In this document: one piece after another, positions 14,682 to 31,107 of the stretch
Numbering within the stretch: position 1 is the first letter of the stretch
Layout: every line of letters begins with the position of its first letter
Source: the human T2T-CHM13v2.0 reference genome, Homo sapiens
DNA length: 64,000 nt
Direction: 5' to 3' (one strand)
Assembly (NCBI RefSeq): GCF_009914755.1
Contig: NC_060935.1
Notes under the pieces: model-generated
The model's input: the letters and a program-made list of their open reading frames with translations, nothing else
What the model was told of the DNA's origin: nothing
The model's database searches: none
Made by a program: the position numbers and the translations under genes

Positions 14682-15164
14682 CTGAGAGAACAGCACAACC
14701 GGCTCCAGTGCACAGTCATATCCAATGGAGCTATCCCAAAAGACAGCCAGAGAATTTTAATGAAAACCAGAAAACCCCTGGCTGCTAAGTCCAACTGCGG
14801 TTCAGGCCTGCCAGCCCCTCCCCCTGCAGCTAAGAATCTCTGAGCCAGCTTTGCCCCAAAGAGCAGGGAAGAAAATCCATTTTGCACTCAGTAAATCCTT
14901 CCATAGCAGCCACTTCGCAGAGTCATTTAGGTTAAAGGTGAGGCATATGATAACTGCAACAGGACCCAGGGACCCTGAGAGGCACAGGGTGTGGCAGCAG
15001 CAGATTTGAGCCAACAGATTATGAAACAGTCATTTAAAAAAAAACAAAAAGTCTTTCCTTCTGCCAAAGCTCTCTGCCCACAGCTGCATACAAGGCTAGT
15101 GAGGAATCTTAACAAGCTTAAAGGGGCCGTATTTCAGATACTCCAGAACCAAGGTGGGAGGAAA

Positions 15165-15670
15165 TAAGTATTTTGAGCACTTACTATGTATCAGGTGCTC
15201 TGATCTCATTTCATCCTCACTGTGAGATGGGAACTGTAAACTGCAGGTAACAGATAAGAACATTGACTCAGAGAGGTTCCATAACTTGTCCAAGGAACAC
15301 AGTTAGCAAGAGGGGAAGCAAGACTGAAAGTTCAGTGTGGGTGAGGCTCATCAGAAGTATCAAACTTTTTGTTCACAGAGAGCAGAAAAAAATAAAAAGA
15401 AAAGAAAGGAAAAGAAATACTAAACTCAAAATCCTGACTAATAAAAAGAATGATCATTTATTGACCACTGGCTATGTGCCAGGCACTAAGCTAATATTTT
15501 TACATGCACCGTATCATCTAATCCTCACAGCAACTAGATAAGATACAGGTCATTATTACCTCCATTTAATAATGAGCAAACTATGGCTCAGACATTCAAT
15601 AATTTGATCAAGGTCACTGCATCACCAGGATTGGAACCCAGGTCTACCTAATTCTAGAGTGCTCACCTTA
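15165..15670 (-). repeat. Two MIR relics
   Basis: 'ttgagcacttactatgtatcagg', 'ctatgtgccaggcactaagcta', 'ggattggaacccaggtct'. Confidence 0.65.
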
Positions 15671-16580
15671 AAACACTCATCCTAACAGCATTCAGAAGGG
15701 AGCCACCTAGATCATCATGCCAAGCACGCAAGTTGCAGCAAGATTTCTGCTCCCCTCCCCAGCAGGTAATGCATATTCCAGACTTGCCTTTCAATTCCTC
15801 CCAGCAATCTTCAGTGGAGGCACAGTATCACTGGCTCTGGGGAAGGTGATAGCTATGTCTCTACCTTCCCATGCACCATGGACTCAGTTGTCCCGACATG
15901 AGTGAAGGAGAAGGCCACCACCATGATCCAGAGACTCACATGAGTATAGAAGCAGACAGCTTCTTTCCCCAGGCCCTGCTCCATAGGCCCATGCAACCTC
16001 AAGCAGCAACCTCTTCCTCAACAGCTCACAGGCCTGTTTTGTATTCTTAACAGGAGACCACGTGCCTCCTTTTTAAGCAACTGTGATTTCCCAAGGGAGA
16101 TGACTGTCTAGACACAGCATCTATCTTGACAACCAGACTGGGCCACACGATGTTAGGTTTGATAATTTAATTTTAGGGTCTGTGTTCAGCTCTCCAGTGA
16201 AGGCTCTGTGCTTGGCACCCCTGGGTAATCAGATCGAGTATCACTCAGTGCAACAGCTGACACCCTGGGTTAGAACTGTCTTTCCAGCCAGGCAAGTGTT
16301 ACTTGCGGGAAGTCACAGGCATCTTATGGATCACACACACACAGGCACAACACACAAACAGTTCCATTAATGAGGCTGAAACTTGATAGAACTCTTCTAT
16401 GCATGTTCAGAATTAAGTGCCAGGCTTTGACTGGTGGTGGACTGAATACTTAATATGTATCAGGTACTGTGGTGGGTACATTCACAGCCAATATCTTAAC
16501 TGACCCGCACAACATTCTGTAAGGTAGATAGAACTGCTATTATACAGATGAGGCAACTAAAGCCCAGAAAGATAGCATAA

Positions 16581-16925
<345 letters not shown>

Positions 16926-16974
16926 TCAAATTCATTTTTAATACAACTTCAACACCCTTTCAGTCAATTATGAG

Positions 16975-17590
16975 TCCATTCATTTATTCCTCAGATAGTT
17001 ATTGAGCACTTTCTATGAGCCAGCTACTGTGACACCTACAGAGGATACAACTGTTAACATAAGGTAGGTCCAGTTACCAAAGAACTACTGTTCTCATGAG
17101 GATAGATGACAATGCAGATAGATAATTACAGAATGATGAGATGAGGCCTCAGAGGACTGATGGGATCAGGCCTCTCTGAGAAAGTGAGATGTGAGCTGAG
17201 ACCTGAAAGATGAGAATAAGCCAGGCATTTGCAAAGCTAGGAAAAGAGCGCAGGCAATAGATACAAGAAGTGCAAGGGTTAGCTACCAGAAAAGGCTTGG
17301 CGTGTCCAAGGAACATAAAGGAGAACAGGGACCAAGGCTGGGTGAGCAACAGGGAAAAAAGAACGGTTGAGATGACACAGGGCCTCGTTGACCATGGAAA
17401 ACACTTTGAATTTTGTCCAAAGGGCAATGGGAGATCAAAGAAGAGTTTTAATCAGGGAAATAGTGTAATCTGACTTGCGCTTTAAAGAGATAATTCTGGT
17501 TGCTGTGTGGAGAAGTGAGTGTAGGGAGTGGGCAAGACTTAAGAATAGGGGAGAGATAATGGTGGCCTGGACCAAGATAATGGTAGGGGA
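16975..17590. mobile_element. L2 relic
   Basis: 'cattcatttatt..ttattgagcac', 'tgagctgagacctgaaagatgag', 'gagttttaatcaggg..ctggttgctgtgtggaga'. Confidence 0.7.
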
Positions 17591-17695
17591 GAGGATTTTA
17601 TATTTGGGAATAACAAAGAAAATACTTGAGGTGATACTAAGTGTTTTTTTAAAAAATAAATAAATAAAAACTTTGAAATTTAATTACAATTTTAA

Positions 17696-18026
<331 letters not shown>

Positions 18027-18983
18027 TAATGAAAATACTTGCTGATGAATGGTATGTGAATGGTGAAGGGAACAAACTCCTGGGTTTCTAGCTTGAACAA
18101 CTGGGTAGAGAGTGGTACCACGTATTAAGAGAGACTGGAGGAGAAGCAAAATGCTCGTGAGATAGCCAACTATATCACACTAAGAAGAAAAAAAAAGTGG
18201 ACCCCAGTTGTGTTTGTTCAAGGGGAAGCTAGGAATTAAAGGCCTGAAGCTGCTACTCTGGTGAAGATAAAGTGTTTGGGGGTTATGATAGAGAGTAAAG
18301 TGCAAGAATCTGAAAGGATGCCTTAGGAAACAGGGGTTCCACTTACTTCATGTGGCCATCACTGCCAAACTGGGACCAACGTGCGGAAGACAGACAGGAA
18401 AGGAATTCAGTCTGACATAAGGAAGGCTGTCTCGTGGTCAGAGTGAAATAAGCTGCCTTGGGAGTGGGAGAGGGTGAATGATGACTTCTCTGTCATTGGA
18501 AGGGTTAAAGAAAAAAACAGATGACTCCTTGACTGGAGGGTTAGAGAGAGAATTCAGTAATTGAATAGGGAAAATGCTACATAAAATCCTTCTAAACTCT
18601 GGAATTCTGTGGTTTTAAGATAAAATCTTAATTAATCTAACCTTCAGGACTGGAGTTTCTCCAACAGGGCAGAACTCCCTTGGTATGTCCTACCTCTCAG
18701 AAGGCAAATGAGATCAACGTTAGCTAATTTTAGTCACTATAAAGTGACTCCTAGTTCATTTCTAAGTGTCAAACAAGATGCTGAAAGGCTTTTTGGTGTA
18801 GGTGAAAGGCATATGCTATGGAACTGGATATCCCATATCTGCAATTGATTAGCGCTGTGTCCTCTGGCAAATTATTTAAATCCTCTGAATCTCAGTTTAT
18901 TTCTTTGAAATAGGGGGAAAGCAATGCCTACCTCAAGATGTTTACTGTGAGGACCAAAGCCTTATGCCTGATACATTCTATTA

Positions 18984-19315
<332 letters not shown>

Positions 19316-19855
19316 TAGCTAACATCTATTACTACAGATCCATAACTATATGCTAGGCATGTGCTATGTGCATTTAAAAAAATCCAATCCTTACAACAAC
19401 CCAGAAAGTAGCCACTATTGTTATTCCATTGTAAAAATCAGAAAATTGATTTCTAAAGGTAAAGTAACTTATCCAAGAGTCATATAATTAGTAATTGCAC
19501 AAATTAGGAAAAAACAAACTTCGACAAAGTTGAAAGAAAAAGACAAAGAAAACCATATTTAGATAATTTGAAAGAAAGTTACCTACTGTTGAATTAACAA
19601 ACAATTCATTTTACCAACTAGTCATTTAGTAAATATTTATTGAATATATAAATAAATAACTGAATGAATGAATGATTCCAATGAATATTTCTTGAGTTCC
19701 TGCTAGGCACATCATCAAGAAGCTAGGGTTACAGAAAATGTCCATCAATTTAATTGAGAGTTTGCCATTAACACCACAATCTTCAAACTCCAAATAAACT
19801 GCCAACATAACAACACTTAGTCCATGATAAAAAGTCCTAAGAAATGCCATTCTCA

Positions 19856-20114
19856 GCTAAGCGCAGTGGCTCCTGACTATAGTCCCAGCACATTGGGATG
19901 CCAAGGCAGGCAGATAACTTGAGCTCAGGAGTTTGAGACCAGCCTGGGCAACATGGCAAAACTCCATCTCTTCAAAAAATACAAAAATTAGTCGGCTGTG
20001 GTGGCGTGTGTCTGTGTTCCCAGCTACTTGGGAGGCTGAGGTGGGAGGATCACTTGAGCCTGGAATGTTGAGGCTTCAGCTAGCCGAGATCACGCCACTG
20101 TACTCCAGCCTGGG
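19856..20114 (+). mobile_element. Alu (J-like, 3' end missing)
   Basis: Alu consensus ending at CCAGCCTGGG with no tail. Confidence 0.9.
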
Positions 20115-20764
20115 GAAGTCAAAATTCTTGGGGAAGTCAAAACTCTTAGAGGAGAGCTCTGAGCAGTAGGCAGATAACCAAGAGCACACAACAATGGAAG
20201 CTGAGAAAGGAGGCGGTCTCAAAGAAAAGATGAGTAAGACTTCCACAGGAAGCAGAAATCAAAAAGAAAAAAGGCTGAAAAAATGGCCGACTTAATAAGT
20301 AGGAGTTTGTCAATGGACTTCTCTGGAACTGTGGGGAAAGAAACCAAGTTTCAAAGGGCAACTGGATGAATGGGTTAAAGAGGAAGAGGAGGCAGTCTTT
20401 TAAAAAGTTTGGCAGTAAAAGGAGGGAAAGGGTAAGAAAAGTAAGTAGTCTGATGAGGAGAAGCAGCAAGACTGTTAATAAGAGTATAAGGTGAGGAGCA
20501 GGAGCCAAAAGAAAAGGAAAAGTTGAAGACAGAAGATACATGGAGAAGATGTAAGAAAGAAACAGGAGGACCAGACTCCAGCACGTCAAGAGGGAATAGG
20601 ATACAACACACAAGTGAAAGGCTACCCTTGGGAAATAAGTCACCTTCTGCTCTAAGACAGAAATGAAAGAAAAGAGATTTTGACAAATGGACATGGTGAA
20701 AAGTTACTCTGAATCAACCTTGAATACAGTACAGAGAGTGATCACATTGAATAACACTATTTTG

Positions 20765-21068
20765 GGCTGGGTGCAGTGGCTCGGGCCTGTAATCCCAGCA
20801 CTTTGGGAGGCCGAGTTGGGTGGATCACCTGATGAGGTCAGGAGTTCGAGACTAGCCTGACCAACATGGAGAAAGCCCATCTCTACTAAAAATACAAAAT
20901 TAGCTGGGTGTGGCGGTGGACACCTGTAATTCCAGCTACTCAGGAGGCTGAGGCAGGAGAATTGCTTGAACCTGGGAGGCGGAGGTTGCAGTGAGCCGAG
21001 AGTGTGCCATTGGCACTCCAGCCTGGGCAACAAGAGCGAAACTCTGTCTCAAAAAAAAAAAAAAAAAA
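20765..21068 (+). mobile_element. Alu (Sp-like)
   Basis: Alu consensus; TSD TTGAATAACACTATTTTG. Confidence 0.93.
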
Positions 21069-21182
21069 TTGAATAACACTATTTTGAACTTAAAATAATA
21101 TTGATTTTCTTGGATCACTCCTAACTTGGCATTGAAAAGGACAACCACCATTTGGATGTAAGTTCTATACAGTTAAAAATCA

Positions 21183-21872
<690 letters not shown>

Positions 21873-21921
21873 CTACACTGGGGACAGTACAAGGTCAGAG
21901 ACATAAACATATATTAGAAAG

Positions 21922-22056
21922 GGCTGTCTCCAAGGTCCTTTAGAGCAACCCATACAAGAAACAGGCTGCATACACTACCAAGGAAGCTGCTGTTTGCAGC
22001 TATTGAACACCAGGCCCCAAAGAGGAAAGGAACTAGGTCGGCTTAATTGGTTGCAG
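21922..22056 (-). ncRNA. SNORA70E: Box H/ACA snoRNA of the SNORA70 (U70) family, 135 nt
   Basis: Minus strand reads CTGCAACCAATTAAGCCGAC...GCAAACAGCAGCTTCCTTGGTAGTGTATGCAGCC...GGACCTTGGAGACAGCC, recognisably U70. H box ACAGCA at 21988-21993; ACA box at 21925-21927, 3 nt from the end. Confidence 0.93.
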
Positions 22057-22215
22057 AAAAATCAGTCTTACTGAGATGTTGGTTACGTTCTGTTTCTTAA
22101 TCTGGATACTGGTTACCCTGATGTGTTCAGTTTGTGAACTTTATTAAGCTAAAAAAAAAAAAAGTTTTTATAAACTTTTTAACTTTAAAACTTTTTTTAA
22201 AAAGTTTTTAACCTA

Positions 22216-22506
22216 GGCCATGTGCAGTGGCTCATGCCTATAATCCCAGCACTTTAGGAGGCTGAGCTGGGTAGATTTCACTTGAGGCTAGAAGTGTGAG
22301 ACCAGCCTGGCCAACATGGTGAAACACTGTCTCTAGTAAAAATACAAAAATTAGACAGGTGTGGTGGCACATGCCTGTAATCTCAGCTACTCAGGAGGCT
22401 GAGGCAGGAGAATCGCTTGAACCCGGGAGGTGGAGGTTGCAGTGACCACTGCACTCCAGCCTGGGCAACAGAGTGAGACTCTGTCTCAAAAAAAAAAAAA
22501 AAAAAA
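22216..22506 (+). mobile_element. Alu
   Basis: Alu consensus. Confidence 0.92.
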
Positions 22507-22697
22507 TTAGTTTTTAACTTAGAATCACCACTCCTCTACTATTTGTTCAGTTTTTAAAGAGTAACTCAAGAAAACTATATATTCCTTCAGGCAGGGAACA
22601 CGCCTTACCATTCTTTTAGATCCCCATAGCACTAAATCAGACTAGATATACAATAGGTATCTAATGAATATATGTTGATGTGATTGGAAGGATGCTA

Positions 22698-23033
<336 letters not shown>

Positions 23034-23474
23034 CCCACAAATCTTTCTCTAGGAAATGGCAACTTCATGACTACAAAATCTGGCAGCCCCCACTTTAGGC
23101 AGTGATTCCACTTAGCATCACTAATGATCTGGACAAACTAAAATTATGTGCCTCCTTTTGTGATGATATGGGAAATATACAACCTCAGCTTTAGAATTCT
23201 TGCCCAAAATATTTAACCTGTATATAATCATGTAGAAATAATTATACAAATTCAGATTGTGAGATATTGTTAAGAAAACAGATCTGGAATCTTAAAAATA
23301 TCATAAAACACAAATAAGCAGGGAGACTCCTATAGATTTAGAGACTAAAGAGGTAAAACAACTACATTTAATGTGTAATCTTGTTTGGATCCTGGATTAA
23401 AAACGAACCAACAGTTATAATGATTAACATTACAACATTAACATTATTATTAACGGTATTTGGACAATATGGGT

Positions 23475-23940
23475 ATGATAGATTGCAAAAATGGCTGTGA
23501 TTGTTCATGCCCCTGTATCCATGCCCTTGAGCAATATGACTTTGCAGTTATTCCCATCAAGAGGAGCATGTGACTTGCTTTGACCAAAAGATTGCAGAAG
23601 TGATGCTGTGCCAATTCCAAGCCTAGGCCTTAAAAGGCTTTGCACTCTTCCACTCTCTTAGAACCTTCCCATAAGCCATGGAAACAAGCCTGTTCTAGCC
23701 TGTTCTAGACCCCTCTAGAGCAAAGAAAAGCCATCCAAACTGAGGCCGACTTAGACCAGCCAGCTCCTAGTCAGTCCAGCAGCTGACTCCAGAGGTATAA
23801 AGGAGCCCAGTTGATCAGCTGAGCCTAATCCACATTAGAAGAACCACCCAACTGGCCCGTGGAATTATGAGCACTAATAAACTGTGGTGGTTTTAAGCCA
23901 CTAAGTTTTGACATGATTTGTTTATCAGCTAGCTGATCAA
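23475..23940 (+). mobile_element. Old MaLR LTR (MLT1F/G/H-like) within L1ME fragments
   Basis: 'tgactttgcag..cccatcaagagg', 'gacttgctttgacca', 'ttttaagccactaagttttg'. Confidence 0.7.
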
Positions 23941-25669
23941 AGGCAAAATTTAAATGTGGACTCTATTAGATGACATAATGGAATCAATATTAAATTTCTA
24001 AGGCATGATAATGGTATTGTGAAGAAGAATATCCCCCTTACACTTAGGAGAATACTGATATATTTAGAGATAAAGGATCATGATGTCTGCCCTACCCCCT
24101 AGTGTAAATATGCATTTATAAAGAAAGATAAATCACATGTGGCAAAATGTTAGCAATTGGTAAACCTAAGTAAAGGGTTTTTTGGTTGTCCTTTGTATTA
24201 ATATGTTTGTTTTAAATTTTTCAAAATAAAAAATTAGATAGAAAAAAAACCACACACCTCTATTTACCCCATAACACAGCAAGTTACCGTGCAGTGAACA
24301 GATCCTTTCCATCTCCCACCCCCTGACCCTTTTTACTGGAGGAAACACTACTACTGCTGAGTGGGGAGGGAAGTAGATATAAAGTGCAGTAAACCAGGGT
24401 TATATTATGATATAGTTAAATGAAAGACTCATTAATAGTTAAGAAATGTTTAAAGGTAGATGTTAACAGCAAGCAGCCATTAAGGTTTTCTTCCTAATAT
24501 AATCAGAAGAAAAATTTGTGTAGGGTTGGATGGGACTTGAAAAGAACAAAGCTTTGGCAAGAAACGTGGGCAGGTCTTTGAATTATTTTTTGTTGGAAAA
24601 CAAATATTCCTGTGTTTCTCTATTTTAAGAGATTTCTCAAACACCTGCAAATGAGAAGGGTATCTTGTATTCATCTCTACCCCCTGAAAATCCCTAAAGA
24701 ATCTTACCAATATAACCAAAATCTGTTTATTCACAACCTAATGAAAGCCTTCTTTATTTAATTTGGATTTTCCCTCAAGGGATATGCAGCAATTATTAAC
24801 GCTGTATATTGACTTATGTGAACAAACCCAGAGGCCTAGGTTCAAAGGATATGGCTTTCTGAACTAAAATCTAAGGACTTCAGCTTTATTATGCCATATA
24901 GAAAAATTCCACTTAGAGTGAATGGCAAACAAAGCCCATTCTCTATATAAAAAACAGTAATCCAGGTAGGAAGATTTTTTTTTTAGAAATATCACTACAA
25001 GTCTGTTCAAAGATCTTTGAACTTCGAAAAAGTCCAGAGCAATCCCATGTATTACCATTGTCAGATGAGAAAAACATTCAACTTATATAAGAAAGAGAAG
25101 AAAATATTGCCAGGTACTCTACATTTAATGAGTTGGTTGTTCTCGTTCATCAGAACTGAAAAATAAATGCAGCAAAGAATTTGTTTTAGGCATCATTGGG
25201 CTCAAAGCCAAATCCACCCCTCATTTTTCTTACAGAATTCCTTGATTTTTTAGCCCACAAACCCCAGGATGCTTCAGAATATAGTTTGAAACTATAGCTT
25301 TAAATTAAAATGGCTGTGCAAAAGGCAGGTACCACATACAGAGAGAATCTTCCAGTTATCTCTACAAACTTCATCAGATTCAGAGAAACCAAGCAGGCTA
25401 TCAGGTCTTCAAGGAATCTTTGATGTTCAAAGAGAATTTTACTGTATACATTAATTCTCAAAAATGTTCAGGGGCACTGTAAAAACAACTGCAGGGCAAT
25501 AGGCTTTCCTAGCCGAAATCTGCACATTAGCCTATCTCATGAAAGGACTAGCCGTCAGCAGACCTAGACATGGTCTAACACAGACACTGAACTCCCATTG
25601 ACTCATCACCGGAAGTGTCAACTGTTTAAAGAAGGGTGGATTACTCATTTATTCATTTATTCTGTAAAC

Positions 25670-25887
25670 ATTTTTTTTTATAGAGACGAGGTCTCCCTTT
25701 GTCACCCAGCCTCCCAAGCAACTGAAACTACAGGCATCCACAACTGTGCCCATATATATATTTTTTTTCCTAGAGATAAGATCTTGCCATCTTGCCCAAG
25801 CTGGTCTCGAACTCCTGAGCTAAAACGACCCTCCTGCCTTGACCTCCCAAAGTGCTAGCATTACAGGCATGAGCTACCACACCCAGC
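25670..25887 (-). mobile_element. Alu (deleted, J-like)
   Basis: Alu consensus; TSD TCTGTAAACATTT. Confidence 0.85.
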
Positions 25888-26881
25888 TCTGTAAACATTT
25901 ATTGAACAAATTGTATATGCCAAGCCCAGAGTAGGAAAACACAGATTAAAAGGGCATACCCACTGCCCACCAGGAGGTCGCAAATGAATGGAGAAGCACA
26001 ATCCAAGCACTTAGTCAAACTGCAATAAACAGCCTTGCCACGGTTAAGCACTTGAGCCTAGATCCTGACTCTACCACTTATTGGCTTGGTGGCTTTGGAC
26101 AAAATTGACTTAACCTGTACAAGTTTTGTCTCCTCAGCTGTAAAATGGGTATGGTAAACCTATTACATTGAGTTACTGTCAGAACTGAGATTACGTATAT
26201 GACTATACATATTATAGTAACTTTAGGTAAATGTTGGCTATAATTATTAATCTTTGTTATTATCTGAGTGGTTACACTAGGTATCTAAAATCCACCCTGA
26301 GATTCTAATAATTAGCTGTGTGACCCAGAGTAAGTAATTTAAAATCTCTGGGTTTCATGCTCTTCATTTGTTAAATGAGAGGTTATAGCTAAGTGATCCT
26401 AAAATCTCTTCAAGCTCTGGAATATTAAAAGGCTCTATGATTGATCTTACATGGTTTCATATATGTCTCAATGACACTGCTCAGATAAACTGGTGAAACA
26501 AAGCAACTGCCAAATAAATCACCTTTCTTCAGTAGTTGTCTGAATCTTTCATTTTACTTCCTTTAACCTCATTACTTACCCAGGCATATATGGGATATAC
26601 TAAGCTGACTGAGAGCTAAGGCTTTGTTGTACCAAATTGTGCATCCTTAATCCCAAACACCGTCCTGGAAAGTGATAGGCACCCAGTGTCTTAAAATTAA
26701 GATTCATACTTCCCTCGGGACCAAAGCTATACATATGCAAGGTGAGTGGACACTCTGAGGTGTAGGCCTGACCTCTAGGGATCCTTTTCTAAGTGTCACC
26801 ACTTAGAAAAAGGGCTGGAGAGGTATTCCACCCTTTGGCCTTCAGTTTCCTCATTGGTAAAATGAAGGGAATCTATTAGAT

Positions 26882-27376
26882 CAGGGGTTGGCAAACTATG
26901 GCTCATAGGCCAAATCCAGCCTATATCTCTACCCCCAGCTTAGAATAATTTTTACTTTTTTTTTTTTAAGAGACAGGGTCTCACTCTATTGCCCAGGCTT
27001 CAGTGCAGTGGCGTGATCATAGCTCACTGCATCCCTGAACTCCTGGGTTCAAGCCATCTCCCCACCTTAGTCTCCTGAGTAGCTACAACTACAGGTGTGT
27101 ACCACCATACCCAGCTAATTTATTTTTATTTTGTAGAGACAGGGGTCTCACTTTGTTGCCCAAGCTGGTCTCGAACTCCTGGCGTCAAGTGAACCTCCCC
27201 ACTTGGCCTGCCAAAGTGCTGGGATTACAGCTGTGAGTCACAGCACCCAGACAATTTTTACATTTTTTAATGATTGCAAAAACAAAGAACAATATGCATC
27301 AGAGATCATATGTGGCCCCCAAAGCCTAATATATTTACTTTCTGGACCTTTTAATAGAAACAGCTTGCTGCCTCTG
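26882..27376. mobile_element. MER58-like hAT-Charlie element, interrupted by an Alu
   Basis: Terminal CAGGGGTTGGCAAACT..., internal 'tgtggccc..aaagcctaa.atatttact.tctgg', ends ..TTGCTGCCTCTG. Confidence 0.75.
26957..27252 (-). mobile_element. Alu (J-like)
   Basis: Alu consensus; TSD AATTTTTAC. Confidence 0.92.
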
Positions 27377-28425
27377 GATTAGATTATCTCTAAAGTCCCT
27401 TTAAACCCTGACATTTTAACATTCTAATTCTGCTGGGTTTCCTTGAATTGTGTGATTCCGGCTCTTCACGCAGAGCAGTACCAAGTCTGAAACAATACCA
27501 AAGGCACAACAGGAACTCAACTACAATTTGCTAACTGCATAAATGAATTCTGCAGCAGCAACCCTAAGAACTAAATCCTCTACCAAGGGGGCAAGTTGGG
27601 TCAATGTGTATCCAGTGACTGCCTAATAAATGCCCCCAGGGTGGACGCCACAATGAGAGGAACAATCTACTCTTATTGGCCTTTTGGATGACGGTGGCAC
27701 CTGGAAAGGCCTGGAGCTCAGATAACCAGGATTAAAACTCACCTTGTTCCACCAAATAAAAAAATACATGTAGCCATCCCCTGAACAAACCCCTTGGGCA
27801 AATTATAAAGCTATCTAGAAAGAGCTATCAGAAACACAGATCATCTAAACTGATCATCTTAATAGCCATGGACCCAAGAGAATAAATTCCATCCACAATA
27901 AGGCATATAGAATAATTTAGCTCACAACATTATTTCTTTTTCCCTCTATTGTTGTTAAAAATACACGATACCAAAACAAGGAATTCAAATATTTATGTCA
28001 GGGCAACAAGCCAAGGAAAGTCTTGAGTATATGATCCTATTAACAATAATAGAAGATAGAGCAAGGTAAAAGAAAAAATAAAGCTCCCTGCCTCGACTCT
28101 TGACCACACATACTTTCCCAAAATAAACAGCCAGCAATTATTCTTTTAATGTTCCTCCTCTGTTCACCCATAAATCACTGCTATGTATAAACCTCTTGCT
28201 GATTCAAAGGATTTTTTTTTTCTTTCAGTCTTCCTCTTTTTGATTGCTAACAATGAGTTCTGAAAAGGGCTGAGAGTGCTTTTCCACCATCCCTCAGTAG
28301 AGCATCTCCATTTACAAGTACAATACACTCCAACCACACACTTCATTGTCATACTGTTACGTATAAATCACAAAGTTGATCTAGAGATTCTGCCTTTTCT
28401 CCTTTCCTCTAAAGAAGCAACTTGG

Positions 28426-28549
28426 GGCTGGGCATGCTGGCTCATACCTGTAATCCCAACACTTTGGGAGATAAGAGGATGGCTTGAGGCCAGGAGTTTG
28501 AGATTGGCCTTAGCAACATAGCAAGACCCTGTCTCTACAAAAAATAAAA
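28426..28549 (+). mobile_element. Alu monomer (FLAM-like)
   Basis: Single arm. Confidence 0.82.
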
Positions 28550-28676
28550 CGATGCTCACTTCTCTCCACAAGGCCCCGTATGCCCAGTAATGACATGGAG
28601 TCACAAATCTCACCTTCTCCCCAGGCACCCTGCTCTAGATATGCTGGCCTAGAAGGTTTAAAAAGAAAAAAAATCC

Positions 28677-28942
28677 CACCTCTAATCCCAGCACTTAGAG
28701 GCTGAGGTAGGAGGATCGCTGAAGACCAGGAGTTCGAGACCAGCCTGGGCAACATAGTGAAATCCTAAAAAAGTAAGAAATTAGCCAAATGTGGTGGCAC
28801 ATGCCTGTAGTCCCAGCTGCCCAGGAGGCTGAGGTGGGAGAATCACTTGAGCCCAGGAAGTCAAGGCTGCAGTGAGCCGTGATAACACCACTGCACTCAG
28901 CCTGGGCAACAGTGAGACACTGTCTCAAAAAAAAAAAAAAAA
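28677..28942 (+). mobile_element. Alu (J-like)
   Basis: Alu consensus. Confidence 0.9.
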
Positions 28943-29588
28943 TCCTGAATATTATAATGCTCATTTCTAAGCTCTTCATAAACCAGAAGAGAGACAGTTT
29001 AAATTTGGATTCTTTCCCCGACTCAGTAGGTAAGCTTTTTCTTTTTCCAATAGCCAGAGGAGGTAGGCAAACATTGGCCCCTCTGCTGACCTTTCTATGA
29101 ACCTCAAAAAAAATCTCTTTACTTCCCAACCTTGGGGTTGTCTAGCCAATCAAAATGAGTTTAATGTTAGCCTGCATCCTTGTTTGAGAGGTAAGGAGCC
29201 TGCATTAGGTTCATGCTGTCTGAGCTCTGCGACCTCTAAGGAAAGGTCCTGTCGTGGCTGCTCGCTGATGCCAGCCCCAAACAGCCTCACCCACCGTCTC
29301 TCCAAATCCCATTGCTGTAAGCCCTGCTGCTGGGCCCCAGCATGGCCCTGAGTGGCTGTACTCCACCCTTCTTAGATGCTCTGCCCTTCTCCCTGCTGGA
29401 GCATGTGAGCTGGAGCATCCACTCAAGCTCGAAAAAGAACCACATGGTTAAAAAGAAACTTTTTAAAGTAGGTAGATAATTAATGTAAAGAGGGGCAGAC
29501 TGCCTCTACAATAAGATAAGTCTGATATCGCCTTGTTTTGTAACTATAAAAGTCCTTGCAAACTATTTATTAATGTTTGCAAAAAGAT

Positions 29589-30158
<570 letters not shown>

Positions 30159-30425
30159 AACATGTGCCTTTTGAAGGTAAAGTTCAATAGAAAATTTGAG
30201 GTGATTCAAATAGGCTTTGGAAAACACCTTGGCCTACTTATTGATTATTATCAGGCATCTTTGGAAATAACTACACATCAATTATCCAAAGAGACTATTA
30301 CTCTTTTAATAGTGTACAATCATTTTAACAGTAAGAATAAGAATGGTACAACTATTCTCACTCCTCAAAGTAGAATTGGCCATTCCCCTTCCTTTTGGGG
30401 CCCACAGTACCCTATAGAGATTTTA

Positions 30426-30723
<298 letters not shown>

Positions 30724-31107
30724 AGACTTTAATAATAGGACCTGAATCCCTTTATTTACTCATTTGTTTGCATGATTGTCTCTCAACACCCCGCTCCCCT
30801 TACTACCCACACTGTAAGAACCTTGAGGTTCTATAAGAGCCATCATATTCCTTCTTGAGCCCTATTGTTCAACAGACTGTCTGGCACACAACAGGTACTT
30901 CATAACAACAGGATGATGGAAAAGGAGGAGAGGGGATCGCTGAAAATGAAAAGGGGAGAGGCAGTAAGAGTTAAGAAGGCAGAAGCTGAATTTGTTTTAT
31001 TCATTGTTACCTGGCCTGCAAGTATTTTTTAAATGGACTGAAAAAACTAAATGAGCAGTGGTACCAAGGCATGAAATTATAGAGCTTTGTTTTAAAGTGA
31101 TGAATAT

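Noticed and set aside
20146-20694. 182-aa hydrophobic 'membrane protein' ORF
   Set aside because: Reverse complement of purine-rich decayed sequence; the Leu/Phe/Ser bias is compositional
26570-27820. Isolated strong minus-strand donors (TGG|GTAAGT about 26579, AAG|GTGAGT about 27742)
   Set aside because: No convincing paired acceptor; such motifs occur by chance in 50 kb of intron
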